From positions 1 to 55,756 of the IMG/VR virus record IMGVR_UViG_3300037882_000695: DNA of 55,756 nt; one strand, given 5' to 3'. The stretch's first letter is position 1, and each line of letters starts with the position of its first letter. Position numbers and translations under genes: made by a program. Source of the DNA: a virus. Taxonomy: Duplodnaviria > Caudoviricetes. The notes under the pieces were generated by a model. The model searched no databases. It saw only the letters and a program-made list of their open reading frames with translations, and was not told the DNA's origin. This document shows, one piece after another, positions 18,929 through 28,096 of the stretch.

Positions 18929-19633
18929 TCACTTCACTATTCCGGTTGGCTGCCTGTGGGATTTCCATCCTGCTGTTGAGACAACGAGAGCATCTGAAAC
19001 GAGGCGATCTACTAGCTGTGCACCCATCTTTGAGCACAAATCAGCCTCGCTTGTGGCGTTTGCTGTAATCATCGTCGTTTGCATCCGGCGATACCTGGAG
19101 TCGATGATCTGCCACAAAATTCCTTGCTGGTAGTCGCTTAGCTTTCCGTCCTGCGGCGATGGGTCAGACACAAGCAGAATTGACGGAGAAATCAACTGCC
19201 GAATGCGATGCCCCTCCGACTCATCGTTTCCGATTCGATCACGGAATTCCGAAAACAACGATTGACCGTCAACCCAATCAATAGTCGTTGTCAGTGTTTT
19301 CAGGCACTGGCGAATTGTCGCAATCGCAAGATGGTCTTTTCCGGTTCCGCGCGGACCGATGAACATGACGCCCTTCCCGGACTCCTTTTGAAACGATGCT
19401 CCAAACTCACGCAACGCTTCGACTATCGCCAACTGCTTTTGGTCAACAGCCGTGAAGTTTTCGAATGAGCATGCCTCATAGCGTTTTCCGATTTTTTGAG
19501 CGAACCGGTTCCATGTTTCGGATTTTCGCCGAGACTCCATTTCCGCTTCATTTGGCTTTCGCGCGGTTCCGTCAGAGTTTTGAATCTTCATGTTCGCGAT
19601 CAACGCATCGATCGGTAGCGGTTGAACATTCAC
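18929..19633 (-). CDS. DnaC/IstB-like AAA+ helicase loader
   Basis: Walker A GPRGTGKD, IIDSRY, ITAN; follows the initiator gene. Confidence 0.88.
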   Translation of the reverse strand: MNVQPLPIDALIANMKIQNSDGTARKPNEAEMESRRKSETWNRFAQKIGKRYEACSFENFTAVDQKQLAIVEALREFGASFQKESGKGVMFIGPRGTGKDHLAIATIRQCLKTLTTTIDWVDGQSLFSEFRDRIGNDESEGHRIRQLISPSILLVSDPSPQDGKLSDYQQGILWQIIDSRYRRMQTTMITANATSEADLCSKMGAQLVDRLVSDALVVSTAGWKSHRQPTGIVK

Positions 19634-19646
19634 GATTTACCACCTT

Positions 19647-20528
19647 TCAGAATCTGTTGTCATCACCCGCTGTAACTTGTCCAGCACCAACTGAAATTCG
19701 CTTGCTGTCACCGTTCGATTTCATCCACGCGACAGGATCATCGTCGTATCTTCCAGACTTGAGCCATTTCGCTGGTGCTGGCCTGAAGTCAGATCCACCA
19801 ACCGGAACGCCACCCGCTGGCGAGTCGCGATAATCTCCAGTTCGCTGTAGTAGCCACGCCGTCGCTTTTGGCTCATCCCATCCGCGAGCCGCCTGAATCG
19901 CCATGATTGCCGCCTGCCATGCCTCCCATGCGTCGTTCTTTCCCGTCCTGACTGGATACGTCGCCCACCACGCTTCGAATTCCTTTGATGGTCCTGGTAG
20001 CCACGATCCCCCAAATGTTGGATCAAATGGGATATCAGAAGGATTTATCTCTTTCTCCGAAGGTGAAGATGAAGTTGAAAACGAAGAAGAAGAAGAAGGG
20101 TTGAATTCCGTTGGCGTGTTCGTTGCAACGGAATCGCAACGAGAATCCAACGGTCGTTGAACGGTCGTTGAACGGTCGTTGGAATTCCGTTGACGTTTCG
20201 TTGCCGAAATTCGACCGGCTTCAGATGCCTGATGTCGCCTTTCTAGCTGCTTTTCGCGTTCTTTTTCTAATCGAGGGTTTAAAAGTTGAGTCGCGTCATT
20301 TGATGGCACAAAAAACGTCTTCAAAACATCCGCCACGTCTTTTAGTTTTGCGTCCCTCTTGCAACTGAGCAGAGCTTGCTTTGGATCTGATGGAACCGAT
20401 CCTTCTCGCCAGCAATAACAGAGCAAACGAATGTAGATTCCTTCCTGTGCCGACGTGAGGAATTGCACCTTTGCGTCGGCCAGATAATCCGCTGGATAGA
20501 ACTGGAATGCGGGCGACTTTTCAGCCAT
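19647..20528 (-). CDS. Replication initiator (DUF1376/YdaU-like N-terminus)
   Basis: PAFQFYPADYLAD...GIYIRLLCYCW; C-terminal FEAWWATYP...PAKWL..GRY. Confidence 0.85.
   Translation of the reverse strand: MAEKSPAFQFYPADYLADAKVQFLTSAQEGIYIRLLCYCWREGSVPSDPKQALLSCKRDAKLKDVADVLKTFFVPSNDATQLLNPRLEKEREKQLERRHQASEAGRISATKRQRNSNDRSTTVQRPLDSRCDSVATNTPTEFNPSSSSSFSTSSSPSEKEINPSDIPFDPTFGGSWLPGPSKEFEAWWATYPVRTGKNDAWEAWQAAIMAIQAARGWDEPKATAWLLQRTGDYRDSPAGGVPVGGSDFRPAPAKWLKSGRYDDDPVAWMKSNGDSKRISVGAGQVTAGDDNRF
20103..20192. repeat. Iteron-like repeats inside the initiator gene (putative replication origin)
   Basis: Three tandem AACGGTCGTTG (20149-20181) flanked by two GAATTCCGTTG copies; adjacent GAA-rich tract. 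Confidence 0.6.
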
Positions 20529-21009
20529 TGAACGCGACCCCGCTCACGAGATGTCGAGTCAACCTTGCCGATGCCTTTTTATGGCATGGCACACATAGCG
20601 TCCTGTAGTTGTCCAGTCCACACATACCGCCACCAAGCACAACGGGAACGATATGATCTGCTTCCCACAGCTTTTCGTTGCGGTTCCATCTGCGAGCAAC
20701 AAGGTGATCCCACAGTAACTCGCGACTGGAATAAGGAATCGATGCCAGCAATCTTTTCAGGCGGGCGCAATCGACGCGACAATCGGCACACACCTCGCGG
20801 TCACGATTCTCAATCGCTTTCAGCGGGTTGATTCGCAGACTGTATTCTTCAAAGCATGACTTGCTGCACCACGATGACCTGCGTGGCGGGCATTTCGTAC
20901 CGCACCAGGTGCAATATCCGTGTTCTCGACCGAGAACGCGAAACAACTCCATTGAGAACACAAACCGCTTCTTTGGCTTGTTGGCCGCAATCCATTCGGC
21001 AGCGTGCAT
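20521..21009 (-). CDS. HNH endonuclease with zinc-binding motifs
   Basis: CTWCG, RDREVCADC, WEADHIVPV..GGG...NYRTLCVPCH. Confidence 0.88.
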   Translation of the reverse strand: MHAAEWIAANKPKKRFVFSMELFRVLGREHGYCTWCGTKCPPRRSSWCSKSCFEEYSLRINPLKAIENRDREVCADCRVDCARLKRLLASIPYSSRELLWDHLVARRWNRNEKLWEADHIVPVVLGGGMCGLDNYRTLCVPCHKKASARLTRHLVSGVAFNG

Positions 21010-21248
21010 GAAATAGCCCCAGTGAAGGTGCGTGCGGTTGATTACTCCGCTTGTCCATGTGCGTGATTCGAGAAACGCGCAAAGGACGCTTGCACCCACA
21101 CTGGGGCCACTCGAATCATTACGGGTAATCACTCCCGATGCAACCATTATCACCTCGCCACCCGCAAAAGGGAATGCTAAATATCGCGCCACTTTCGGAA
21201 CATTTTCGGACTAGTCGCAAGTTGTTCTGCGAGGCTTAGTTGTGCGAA

Positions 21249-22598
21249 CTAAAACAATTCTCCGCGAGCGTCCGCCTCTCGTTTATCTGCGTTCCACTCT
21301 GGTCGTTGTCGCCGTTTTTCCATCAACTTCAGGTATCGCTCATACGATCCTGTTTTGTGCTGAGAGAACCCGATTGTCTTGCACCAATAATCGTTACGCA
21401 AAATGCACTTGCACATACGCCGCCACGATGGCGCTAGCTCTTTCGATTCCAGTGCTGGATCAACAAAATCCGGGATGCCTTTTTCGTACCCGCGATCCAT
21501 CCACCATTTGCGGTAAACGTCGAACTTCGCCTGGAAATGCTCCGACATCTTTTTCGGGAGAGTCTTGAGCAGCATTTCTGTGAATGATCTCCATGTATGA
21601 TTCGGCGGAAGCGATATGCTTTGGTATCCGGTCATGTTTCCGGTTTCTTGCACATACATTGCGCCGGAATTCGCACCTTGGACGCGAGCCACAACACGCC
21701 CCCACGTCATCGGCTCAATGAGCTGATACAGCCACAGGCCGCGACGCTGATCGTCTCCGTACGGCTCGCAGATTCGCATCTGGTGAATCGTAAGACCTGC
21801 CTTGTGCATCATGTCGTAAAGCTTGTTGTACGGCAGGTGCGGATTCTTGGCCTGATACACCCAATCGTCGGACGTGGCCCAATCGTAAATTGGATAAAAG
21901 TTGTAAACCTCATCGACGATCAGTGTCGTGTATTGCCAGTTGTTCAATCGCGTCTTGTTTTTGTAGGCAATTGTGCGGAAACGATTTAGGCTTTCGTCAC
22001 ATCGAATCCCTACGAAACACGCGCATCGCTTGCCCTGTGCGTACCATGCTCCGAATTCTGGTACGAAATCCTCGAACTCCATTCCATCGACGTACCAATC
22101 CCAAGTTTTCGTGTCGGTAATTGCCCACGATGGAGGCTGGCGAACCCACATTTTCTTTTTGTCGGGAGACCAGCATTCCCACTTTGGCTCAAACACAGAG
22201 ACTGCGTTTCTCAGTCCGATTGGCAGGCAAACCCAATACCATTCAGTGATGTCCAGGTACATTTCACGCATTCGCGTTGCGTGCTCTATAGTGAGCGTGT
22301 ATTGAGCCTCCAAATCGATCAACAACACGCCAAATTTGCGGCCACGCTTGCGAGCCTCCTGCGCCACAAGGTGTAGCATGACGGTTGAGTCTTTCCCCGC
22401 TGAAAAGCTCAGGTAAACCCGCTCGCACGAATCAAATGCGTTCGCAATTCTCTGTCTTGCCGCGTCTAAAACAGAAATCCCGATGGGACGCTTTTTGGCA
22501 GATAGTTCCCGCCCCTCAAATTCAAAATTGCCTTCCGCCGTGCGATGTCGGCTATCTTGTTCGCTTCCGCCTGCTGCAATATCGTTAGTTGATTCCAT
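21249..22598 (-). CDS. PAPS-reductase-like PP-loop protein with DUF3440 (IbrA/YbdN-like)
   Basis: SFSAGKDS PP-loop, VGIRCDESLNR, YPIYDW, PSWRRMCKCILRND; start uncertain. Confidence 0.88.
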   Translation of the reverse strand: MESTNDIAAGGSEQDSRHRTAEGNFEFEGRELSAKKRPIGISVLDAARQRIANAFDSCERVYLSFSAGKDSTVMLHLVAQEARKRGRKFGVLLIDLEAQYTLTIEHATRMREMYLDITEWYWVCLPIGLRNAVSVFEPKWECWSPDKKKMWVRQPPSWAITDTKTWDWYVDGMEFEDFVPEFGAWYAQGKRCACFVGIRCDESLNRFRTIAYKNKTRLNNWQYTTLIVDEVYNFYPIYDWATSDDWVYQAKNPHLPYNKLYDMMHKAGLTIHQMRICEPYGDDQRRGLWLYQLIEPMTWGRVVARVQGANSGAMYVQETGNMTGYQSISLPPNHTWRSFTEMLLKTLPKKMSEHFQAKFDVYRKWWMDRGYEKGIPDFVDPALESKELAPSWRRMCKCILRNDYWCKTIGFSQHKTGSYERYLKLMEKRRQRPEWNADKREADARGELF

Positions 22599-22891
22599 GC
22601 CTCTGTCGTCTCCCGCTCATTGGCCCCGCAATCCAGGCAACACGCTGCTCGCCCGAAATACGATTGATGGTTCTTTTGTTGGTTTGTGATACTGATGGCC
22701 ACTGATACTCGCCATGTGTCGATCACAGCGTCACACAGTTGCGCGAACAGCAATTGGTTTCCGAGTATCATCGCCGCTCTGCTCACCTTGGATTCGTCTC
22801 GCTCATTCGCATACATCCCCGCCGAATTGCACTCCCACAAATCGTGGTGTGCAAACGCCTGATCATTTCTCCACACCATCAGTGCCGTCAT
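22466..22891 (-). CDS. Conserved hypothetical protein between the ParB-like and PAPS-reductase-like genes
   Basis: WE...GMY...W...N..Y.GRAACC...EAW..LT...Q.EAN motif. Confidence 0.6.
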   Translation of the reverse strand: MTALMVWRNDQAFAHHDLWECNSAGMYANERDESKVSRAAMILGNQLLFAQLCDAVIDTWRVSVAISITNQQKNHQSYFGRAACCLDCGANERETTEAWNQLTILQQAEANKIADIARRKAILNLRGGNYLPKSVPSGFLF

Positions 22892-23618
22892 CCTCGACAA
22901 CCTCCCATGCTTCTGTGAATTCAGTGTTCTGGAACGCTTCCATAAGCCCGGAAATCTGCGACAGTCGCAGAACCTCATCCGGGTCCATCCCGAGTTCCTT
23001 GCCGATCTTTTTGTCAGACCAGTTGCGCCGCTTTAGTTCGATTACGATCTCGGACATTGACGAGACCGCGTGTTTTCCCCTCGCTCGGTTGTGCCTGATC
23101 GTCGATGCGATTCGATCATTTCGACCCTCTCTATCCGGCTTGATGACGGCCAGTGGAAGGTATCCATGAATGCGTGAAGCGACCTCCGGGCATTCCCTGC
23201 CAACTCTGTTGCGGTGGAATCCGTCAACGACTTCGTGAATTCCGTCATGCGACCACGCAACAATTGGTTGCGTATAACCGTCGCTCGCAATGGAATGCTG
23301 GAGCAGCGCCATCTCAGGAGGTGCAACGCTGTTCGGGTTGTAGTCGTTCGCCTCGACTTCGCTGATTGGAACCCACTGGATGCAGTCCACTGGTTCCGCA
23401 GCGAATGGGCTTACCGCGTGCAACATGCGGCGAACCTCATTCAGTGAATCAACCTTTTTCGCCAGTGGCATCTTCTCGATTTCAGCCACGACAGCAGCGA
23501 CCATCGCCTTTAGCTTTTTCTGCATTTCGCACGCATCCTCAGTTAGACCACGGAACAAACCCCGGTCTATTGCTGCGCCTCGCGTTTCTTCTGTCAACAC
23601 AATTGCACCCCAGTTCAT
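22863..23618 (-). CDS. ParB/Srx-like protein (IbrB/YbdM-like)
   Basis: ANDYNPNSVAPPEM, DGYTQPIV, VVDGFHR, ASTIRHNRARGKH. Confidence 0.9.
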   Translation of the reverse strand: MNWGAIVLTEETRGAAIDRGLFRGLTEDACEMQKKLKAMVAAVVAEIEKMPLAKKVDSLNEVRRMLHAVSPFAAEPVDCIQWVPISEVEANDYNPNSVAPPEMALLQHSIASDGYTQPIVAWSHDGIHEVVDGFHRNRVGRECPEVASRIHGYLPLAVIKPDREGRNDRIASTIRHNRARGKHAVSSMSEIVIELKRRNWSDKKIGKELGMDPDEVLRLSQISGLMEAFQNTEFTEAWEVVEDDGTDGVEK

Positions 23619-23837
23619 TACCTCTTGTGGTTTTTCCGACTCACAACCGGAATAACCGCGACACTCAAAACATCAAGCATTCCTGCCGTCCGTGGATCGG
23701 GACCAACCGGCAGCATTGGCAAGATAAGCGTCAATGAAGAACCGCCCCCATCGCTCTCACGGTTTACGAGCGGATTCGGCTACGTCGGATACTTTGCAGA
23801 GTCACCGATTTTGCCGGGCGACCGCGCGCCTGTTTAG

Positions 23838-24161
23838 TCATTTCTGAATTTGATCTTTTGCGAACGCCCACGAAAACTCTACATAGGCGCGAATTGCCGC
23901 CACACGAACAGAATACGGAACGCCACCATCATCGAGTTCGATATCTTCAACTCGTGTGCGTGAACTTAATCGCGAAAGGTCAGAGAATGAATACGCTTCA
24001 CCCTCCACTTGGAATCGCGGCTCGTACGCGCAAAACGTCAGCGATGCCATTGACTCTGAATTGCAAATGACTGGCCCGTTTTTGTGTGCCGCCAGCACGA
24101 ACCCTTCGCCAATATCCTTGATGACTGGAAGTTCCATTCCAAGTGCCGTAATCGTGTTCAC
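23838..24161 (-). CDS. Hypothetical protein
   Basis: Coupled to recT. Confidence 0.5.
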   Translation of the reverse strand: MNTITALGMELPVIKDIGEGFVLAAHKNGPVICNSESMASLTFCAYEPRFQVEGEAYSFSDLSRLSSRTRVEDIELDDGGVPYSVRVAAIRAYVEFSWAFAKDQIQK

Positions 24162-25123
24162 GCCATCTCCTTCGCAAGAGTTTCCGTCAGTTCGTCGGCC
24201 TGGTCCTGAGTTAGTTCGCCGCCGTTTACCGCCGCGATGATTTCTTCCTTCAGTGCAGCACCTTGCGCACTGTTCGGCTTGTTCATGATTCGCCGCTCGA
24301 TTGACGAGTAGGCTTCGTTCTGTGCGTTCAGTTCGATGGCGTCTGGCTTCGTTCCGATCAGCTTGTCTGCAAGCCTGTCTGCCTTGGGTCTGTCATCAAC
24401 AAGGTCTGCCGTTCGCGACAAATCAATCGTGTCATCGTCCGCGTCAACGGCGTCTCGAAATTCCGCCGATATGCTGATCCACTTTGACAACCGGCGGAAT
24501 ACCGTCTTTTTCGCCATCTCGTTCCAGTCGGTACACCACGGACCAGAATTACCAGCGCGTGACCGTTTGCGAATTGCCTCGATATCTTGTCGCGTCATCA
24601 CTTCGCATTTTGTTGCACCGTCCTTGAACTTGACCAACGCATAGACCGCATAACACTCGCCGCGATCCTTACGCAGGTCGATTCGGTGTTTGGTGATTTC
24701 ACCACGGTCGTATTCGAACTCGTCATTCTCACAGACAGTATCAGCGTGGATCGTACTGACGAGACCTGACCGCATCGCCAGTTCTACGAGCCCCTTGTAA
24801 TCGATAATCAACTGGCACTCGGTGATATTGAGCTTGTTATTCCTGAATGGAATCAGGTGTGCGTTGCGTCCGTCTGGTTCCAGACCGTATTGACTGAGTG
24901 TCAACAACGCATTAAAAAACGATGTCTGGTCACATTCCGCCAGTTTCGGAACTCTCCGTACGCTGTTTGCGACGACCCTCAAAAATCTGTCTGCCGTGCA
25001 GTGCTTCGGCAACGCCTGTGCGATCTGGTGCTTAACACCGTCCAGTCGCAGCATCTCCTGAATCGTCTGCGGTTTCTTCGCCAGTTCAGTTTGTGGCTTC
25101 TCGACAATCGCTGTACTCATCAC
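24158..25123 (-). CDS. recT: RecT family ssDNA annealing protein
   Basis: GLEPD...LIPF...IDYKGLVELA.RSG...GPW.TDWNEMAKKTVFRRL. Confidence 0.93.
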   Translation of the reverse strand: MMSTAIVEKPQTELAKKPQTIQEMLRLDGVKHQIAQALPKHCTADRFLRVVANSVRRVPKLAECDQTSFFNALLTLSQYGLEPDGRNAHLIPFRNNKLNITECQLIIDYKGLVELAMRSGLVSTIHADTVCENDEFEYDRGEITKHRIDLRKDRGECYAVYALVKFKDGATKCEVMTRQDIEAIRKRSRAGNSGPWCTDWNEMAKKTVFRRLSKWISISAEFRDAVDADDDTIDLSRTADLVDDRPKADRLADKLIGTKPDAIELNAQNEAYSSIERRIMNKPNSAQGAALKEEIIAAVNGGELTQDQADELTETLAKEMA

Positions 25124-25983
25124 GCCCCCTTCTTGAAACGTAGAACTCGAAACGTCGTCTCACTCGCTGGCTTCGCCTTGTAGTGCGTCGTCTGCTCGTA
25201 ATATGTCATCAACCCGCCGTTGCACTCGACCGCTTCAGCATCGCCGAACATCGCCAATAATCGTGCCTGGATCTGTTCAACGTGCGTTGTCGATTCCTTT
25301 GCCGTCGCCTTAGCTTCCTCCAGTTGCAACCGCAGTTCCTCGAACTCCTCAGAACGTGGCGAAACCTTTTTTGGTTGCCGTCGCAGTCGCTTCAGCGTCT
25401 CCAGTTGCGGCGGATTTGCTGGCTCATCGTCCAATGACAGAGACGCAATGAATTCCGTCGACTTCTGCCGAATCGCGTACTGTAGCCCTGCGTGCGACTT
25501 GATCTCGAACATGCAGAACCCGCGCCCGCCGATCAGTGCTGCCAGGTATGCCAGCTCCGCACCAGTGACCAACATTTGGGCCTGCACTTGCAGCAGGTAG
25601 TTTTCCGGGACTTCATCCGAGCCGTCGTCGCCCCATGAATCGTCCGCTCGCCACAACACACCAGATGTTTTTGCTTCTACGACCGGACCGTCGTTGATAA
25701 CTCGCCCGTCGAGTGTCGCGCCGTTGCAGTCGACCATTACCCATTTTTGGCGGTCAACAATTGGCAGTCCGATGCGTTCCTGAGCCCACTCCAAAACGAC
25801 TGGCTCCAGCTTCGTGCCTAGGTTCGTCGATGCGTTGCCGGTCCCGCCGCGAATTGTGCCGAATTTCTTTTCGTACCACAGGTCCGATACTGTCCGCCCG
25901 CCAAATGCTGGAAGGCCGAACAATAGCCCGACTTCTGACGCGCCAACTACCGGCCTGCGTCGTTCTAATTCTTGCTCGTTCAT
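25120..25983 (-). CDS. YqaJ-like (lambda-exo family) exonuclease
   Basis: VGASEV, ATLDG, VEAKT, YLLQVQAQM; adjacent to recT. Confidence 0.9.
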   Translation of the reverse strand: MNEQELERRRPVVGASEVGLLFGLPAFGGRTVSDLWYEKKFGTIRGGTGNASTNLGTKLEPVVLEWAQERIGLPIVDRQKWVMVDCNGATLDGRVINDGPVVEAKTSGVLWRADDSWGDDGSDEVPENYLLQVQAQMLVTGAELAYLAALIGGRGFCMFEIKSHAGLQYAIRQKSTEFIASLSLDDEPANPPQLETLKRLRRQPKKVSPRSEEFEELRLQLEEAKATAKESTTHVEQIQARLLAMFGDAEAVECNGGLMTYYEQTTHYKAKPASETTFRVLRFKKGA

Positions 25984-26436
25984 TCCCGCTCCCCCATAAC
26001 AAGCCGCGTCACGAACTGTTCAGCGGCGGTGATTGCTTCGGCGCGAGATTCTTTGAGCCCATAACCGAGCGTCATGGAATCCCCCAGTTGCACATTCCAG
26101 AACCATTGATTGGAGCCATCCCATGCCATCCGCACGTGCATCGACAACTTGCCAACCATGGCTTGGTCTTTGTCGAGAACGCCAACCCACTCAAACGGCC
26201 CGACATTTACACTCGCCATCGCTCGCAGATCGTGGTCGGACTGGCATGCGGATTGAGCGACTTCCATCGTCTCTTCGTGGCCCTGATGAATTGACAGGTC
26301 GTCAACTCAAATCCCACTTGTACAGACCGGAATCTGTGATGTAGACGTGGTATCGCCCGAACTGGCATTGAGCTTCGGCATAACGCTGCCCATCGAACAC
26401 CCACACCAGCCTATTGCCACGGATTAGACCGCTCAT
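25980..26436 (-). pseudogene. Two-repeat phage protein split by a +1 frame break near 26305
   Basis: 44-codon coupled ORF 26436-26302 continues in the +1 frame into ORF 25980..26267. Confidence 0.5.
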
Positions 26437-26720
26437 TGCTGCCTCGCTTTCAGTATCTCGTCGGCGGCGCGGACTCGCTCGAATATGTCATCCACCCACT
26501 CATCATCCTCGCCCACACAATCGTGAGCATCAAGAAGATTTCCAAGAACTTCCATAATTTCGGCGTTTACTCGAATCGCATCGTGCGGCCTGCCGATCAC
26601 CTGAAATGTGCGCGACATCGCCTTAATGTTTTCCGCGAGCTTATCGACCACCCGAATGGAATCATCAGCTAGTTGCGACAACGCTGGCCCGCCGTCGTTG
26701 ATTGGTTCGCTCATCGCCAT
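26433..26720 (-). CDS. Hypothetical protein
   Basis: INDGGPA...ADEILKAR phage motif. Confidence 0.6.
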   Translation of the reverse strand: MAMSEPINDGGPALSQLADDSIRVVDKLAENIKAMSRTFQVIGRPHDAIRVNAEIMEVLGNLLDAHDCVGEDDEWVDDIFERVRAADEILKARQQ

Positions 26721-26926
26721 CTCCGTGAAAGTTTTTCTTTTCGCATCCTTCGCCGCAGTGTCATTTTCTGTGCCGTGCTTTGGCAGAAGTCTTCATCGCT
26801 AACGAACGTGTGCCAGATGTATCCGTGCCACTCCATCGGAAACCAATCAATCTCGTTGGCTCGTGGAGTAACTGGCGTCCGTGGTTCGTAACTGTAGTTG
26901 ACTGGCTCCAGAACTGTTCGGATCAT
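26711..26926 (-). CDS. Hypothetical protein
   Basis: Co-oriented ORF. Confidence 0.45.
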   Translation of the reverse strand: MIRTVLEPVNYSYEPRTPVTPRANEIDWFPMEWHGYIWHTFVSDEDFCQSTAQKMTLRRRMRKEKLSRRWR

Positions 26927-26927
26927 C

Positions 26928-27215
26928 TCACCCCTGCCAATCTGGTTTAGTTGCCGCTGGTCGTTCCGGTCGTGCGATGACCATCAGGAAGCGAGCCAGC
27001 ATGTCGTCAAAATCTTCATCGCGCCCCGATATCAGATGTCCGTCGATTCGCACAAAGTTCAGCCCGACACGTTGCCGAGTGTGGTCGCGCATCCAGTCCA
27101 ATCGCTGATCCAGGTTCATCGAACGCAATTGCTCGTGCTCGCTGATTGGCCGCATATGTGCAACGCGCATCCGAATCACCTCCAGCGGTTCGCCGTTGTC
27201 GTTCCTATGGTTCAC
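26928..27215 (-). CDS. Hypothetical protein
   Basis: Co-oriented ORF. Confidence 0.5.
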   Translation of the reverse strand: MNHRNDNGEPLEVIRMRVAHMRPISEHEQLRSMNLDQRLDWMRDHTRQRVGLNFVRIDGHLISGRDEDFDDMLARFLMVIARPERPAATKPDWQG

Positions 27216-27236
27216 TTGGTTCCCCGCTGGATGTGA

Positions 27237-27662
27237 TTACGGTGCCGGTTTGCTGCATGGTCGCCAGTCTTCGCCGGGGCGCTTGATTTGCACGCCAGCG
27301 CTCATCAATCCGGCATAGTCATACAAGGATGATCCGAACTCCACTTTCTCGTTGGTGACCCCTGTAACCAAGAACCATCCACTCGGACGACATGCCCACC
27401 GGAACACGCTTCCCGGCGGCACATCTTCCGGCCCGAGCGGAACCAGTCGCGGGGTTGTGCTGCGGAGTCGATATTGCAATGAAGAGTCCATTACATATGC
27501 GCGTCCGTTCGCATATACGGACGGTTCCCAATCTTTGCCGTAGTTTGACCATTCCAAATTAAACCCATCAGGCACATTCCCGCCGTTCGCCTCGATTCGT
27601 TCGAGTGCGTCCAATGTCTGCCGCGTCAGTTCGATTCGTTCTTTCAGGTCCATGTTCGTCAA
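27237..27662 (-). CDS. Hypothetical protein
   Basis: Co-oriented ORF directly after csrA. Confidence 0.6.
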   Translation of the reverse strand: MTNMDLKERIELTRQTLDALERIEANGGNVPDGFNLEWSNYGKDWEPSVYANGRAYVMDSSLQYRLRSTTPRLVPLGPEDVPPGSVFRWACRPSGWFLVTGVTNEKVEFGSSLYDYAGLMSAGVQIKRPGEDWRPCSKPAP

Positions 27663-28027
27663 TCCTCAAACGTGTGGTTTTTCGGTTTGCTGTCGAGTCC
27701 GCGCGAGTAGTAATCCACCTTTTGCATTGGCGTCATGAATCGCGGCAATGGTTCGCCGTCGTCGTCAACAACGATTGCATCACGAATCGCGCTCACAAGT
27801 CCGTTCGGTGAGATATGACCGATGCTCGTTGTTGGCTTCTCGACAACAGGCAGCAAAGGCTTGATCTCGGTGCGGCGAATATTCACCTGTTTCTTATCTG
27901 CGTCGATTGCGATTCGTACCTGCGCCGGTTCCATGTGGACAATGAAAACTTCAATTCTTGTCACTTGGTCCGATGGCTGAATCTCACAAACGATCGATTC
28001 GCCTGGTTTTCGCGTTAATGCGAGCAT
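27659..28027 (-). CDS. csrA: CsrA/RsmA-like RNA-binding protein with C-terminal extension
   Basis: MLALTRKPGESI...QVRIAIDA...VNIRRTE matches the CsrA signature. Confidence 0.85.
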   Translation of the reverse strand: MLALTRKPGESIVCEIQPSDQVTRIEVFIVHMEPAQVRIAIDADKKQVNIRRTEIKPLLPVVEKPTTSIGHISPNGLVSAIRDAIVVDDDGEPLPRFMTPMQKVDYYSRGLDSKPKNHTFED

Positions 28028-28030
28028 TGT

Positions 28031-28044
28031 TCGAGTCCTTTCGA
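28031..28044 (-). promoter_or_regulatory. ANGGAN-loop hairpin over the csrA Shine-Dalgarno (putative autoregulatory site)
   Basis: Minus strand UCGA-AAGGAC-UCGA ending 3 nt before the ATG. Confidence 0.5.
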
Positions 28045-28096
28045 GTTAGTTAAACCCACTCAGCCCATACGACGTTGATTGGAATATCAAAAACGC

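Noticed and set aside
23760-23830. c-di-GMP-I riboswitch (GGCAAA...GCAAAG on the minus strand)
   Set aside because: Only 12 nt lie between the two words, with no GNRA-capped P2 stem, and the 3' consensus is absent.
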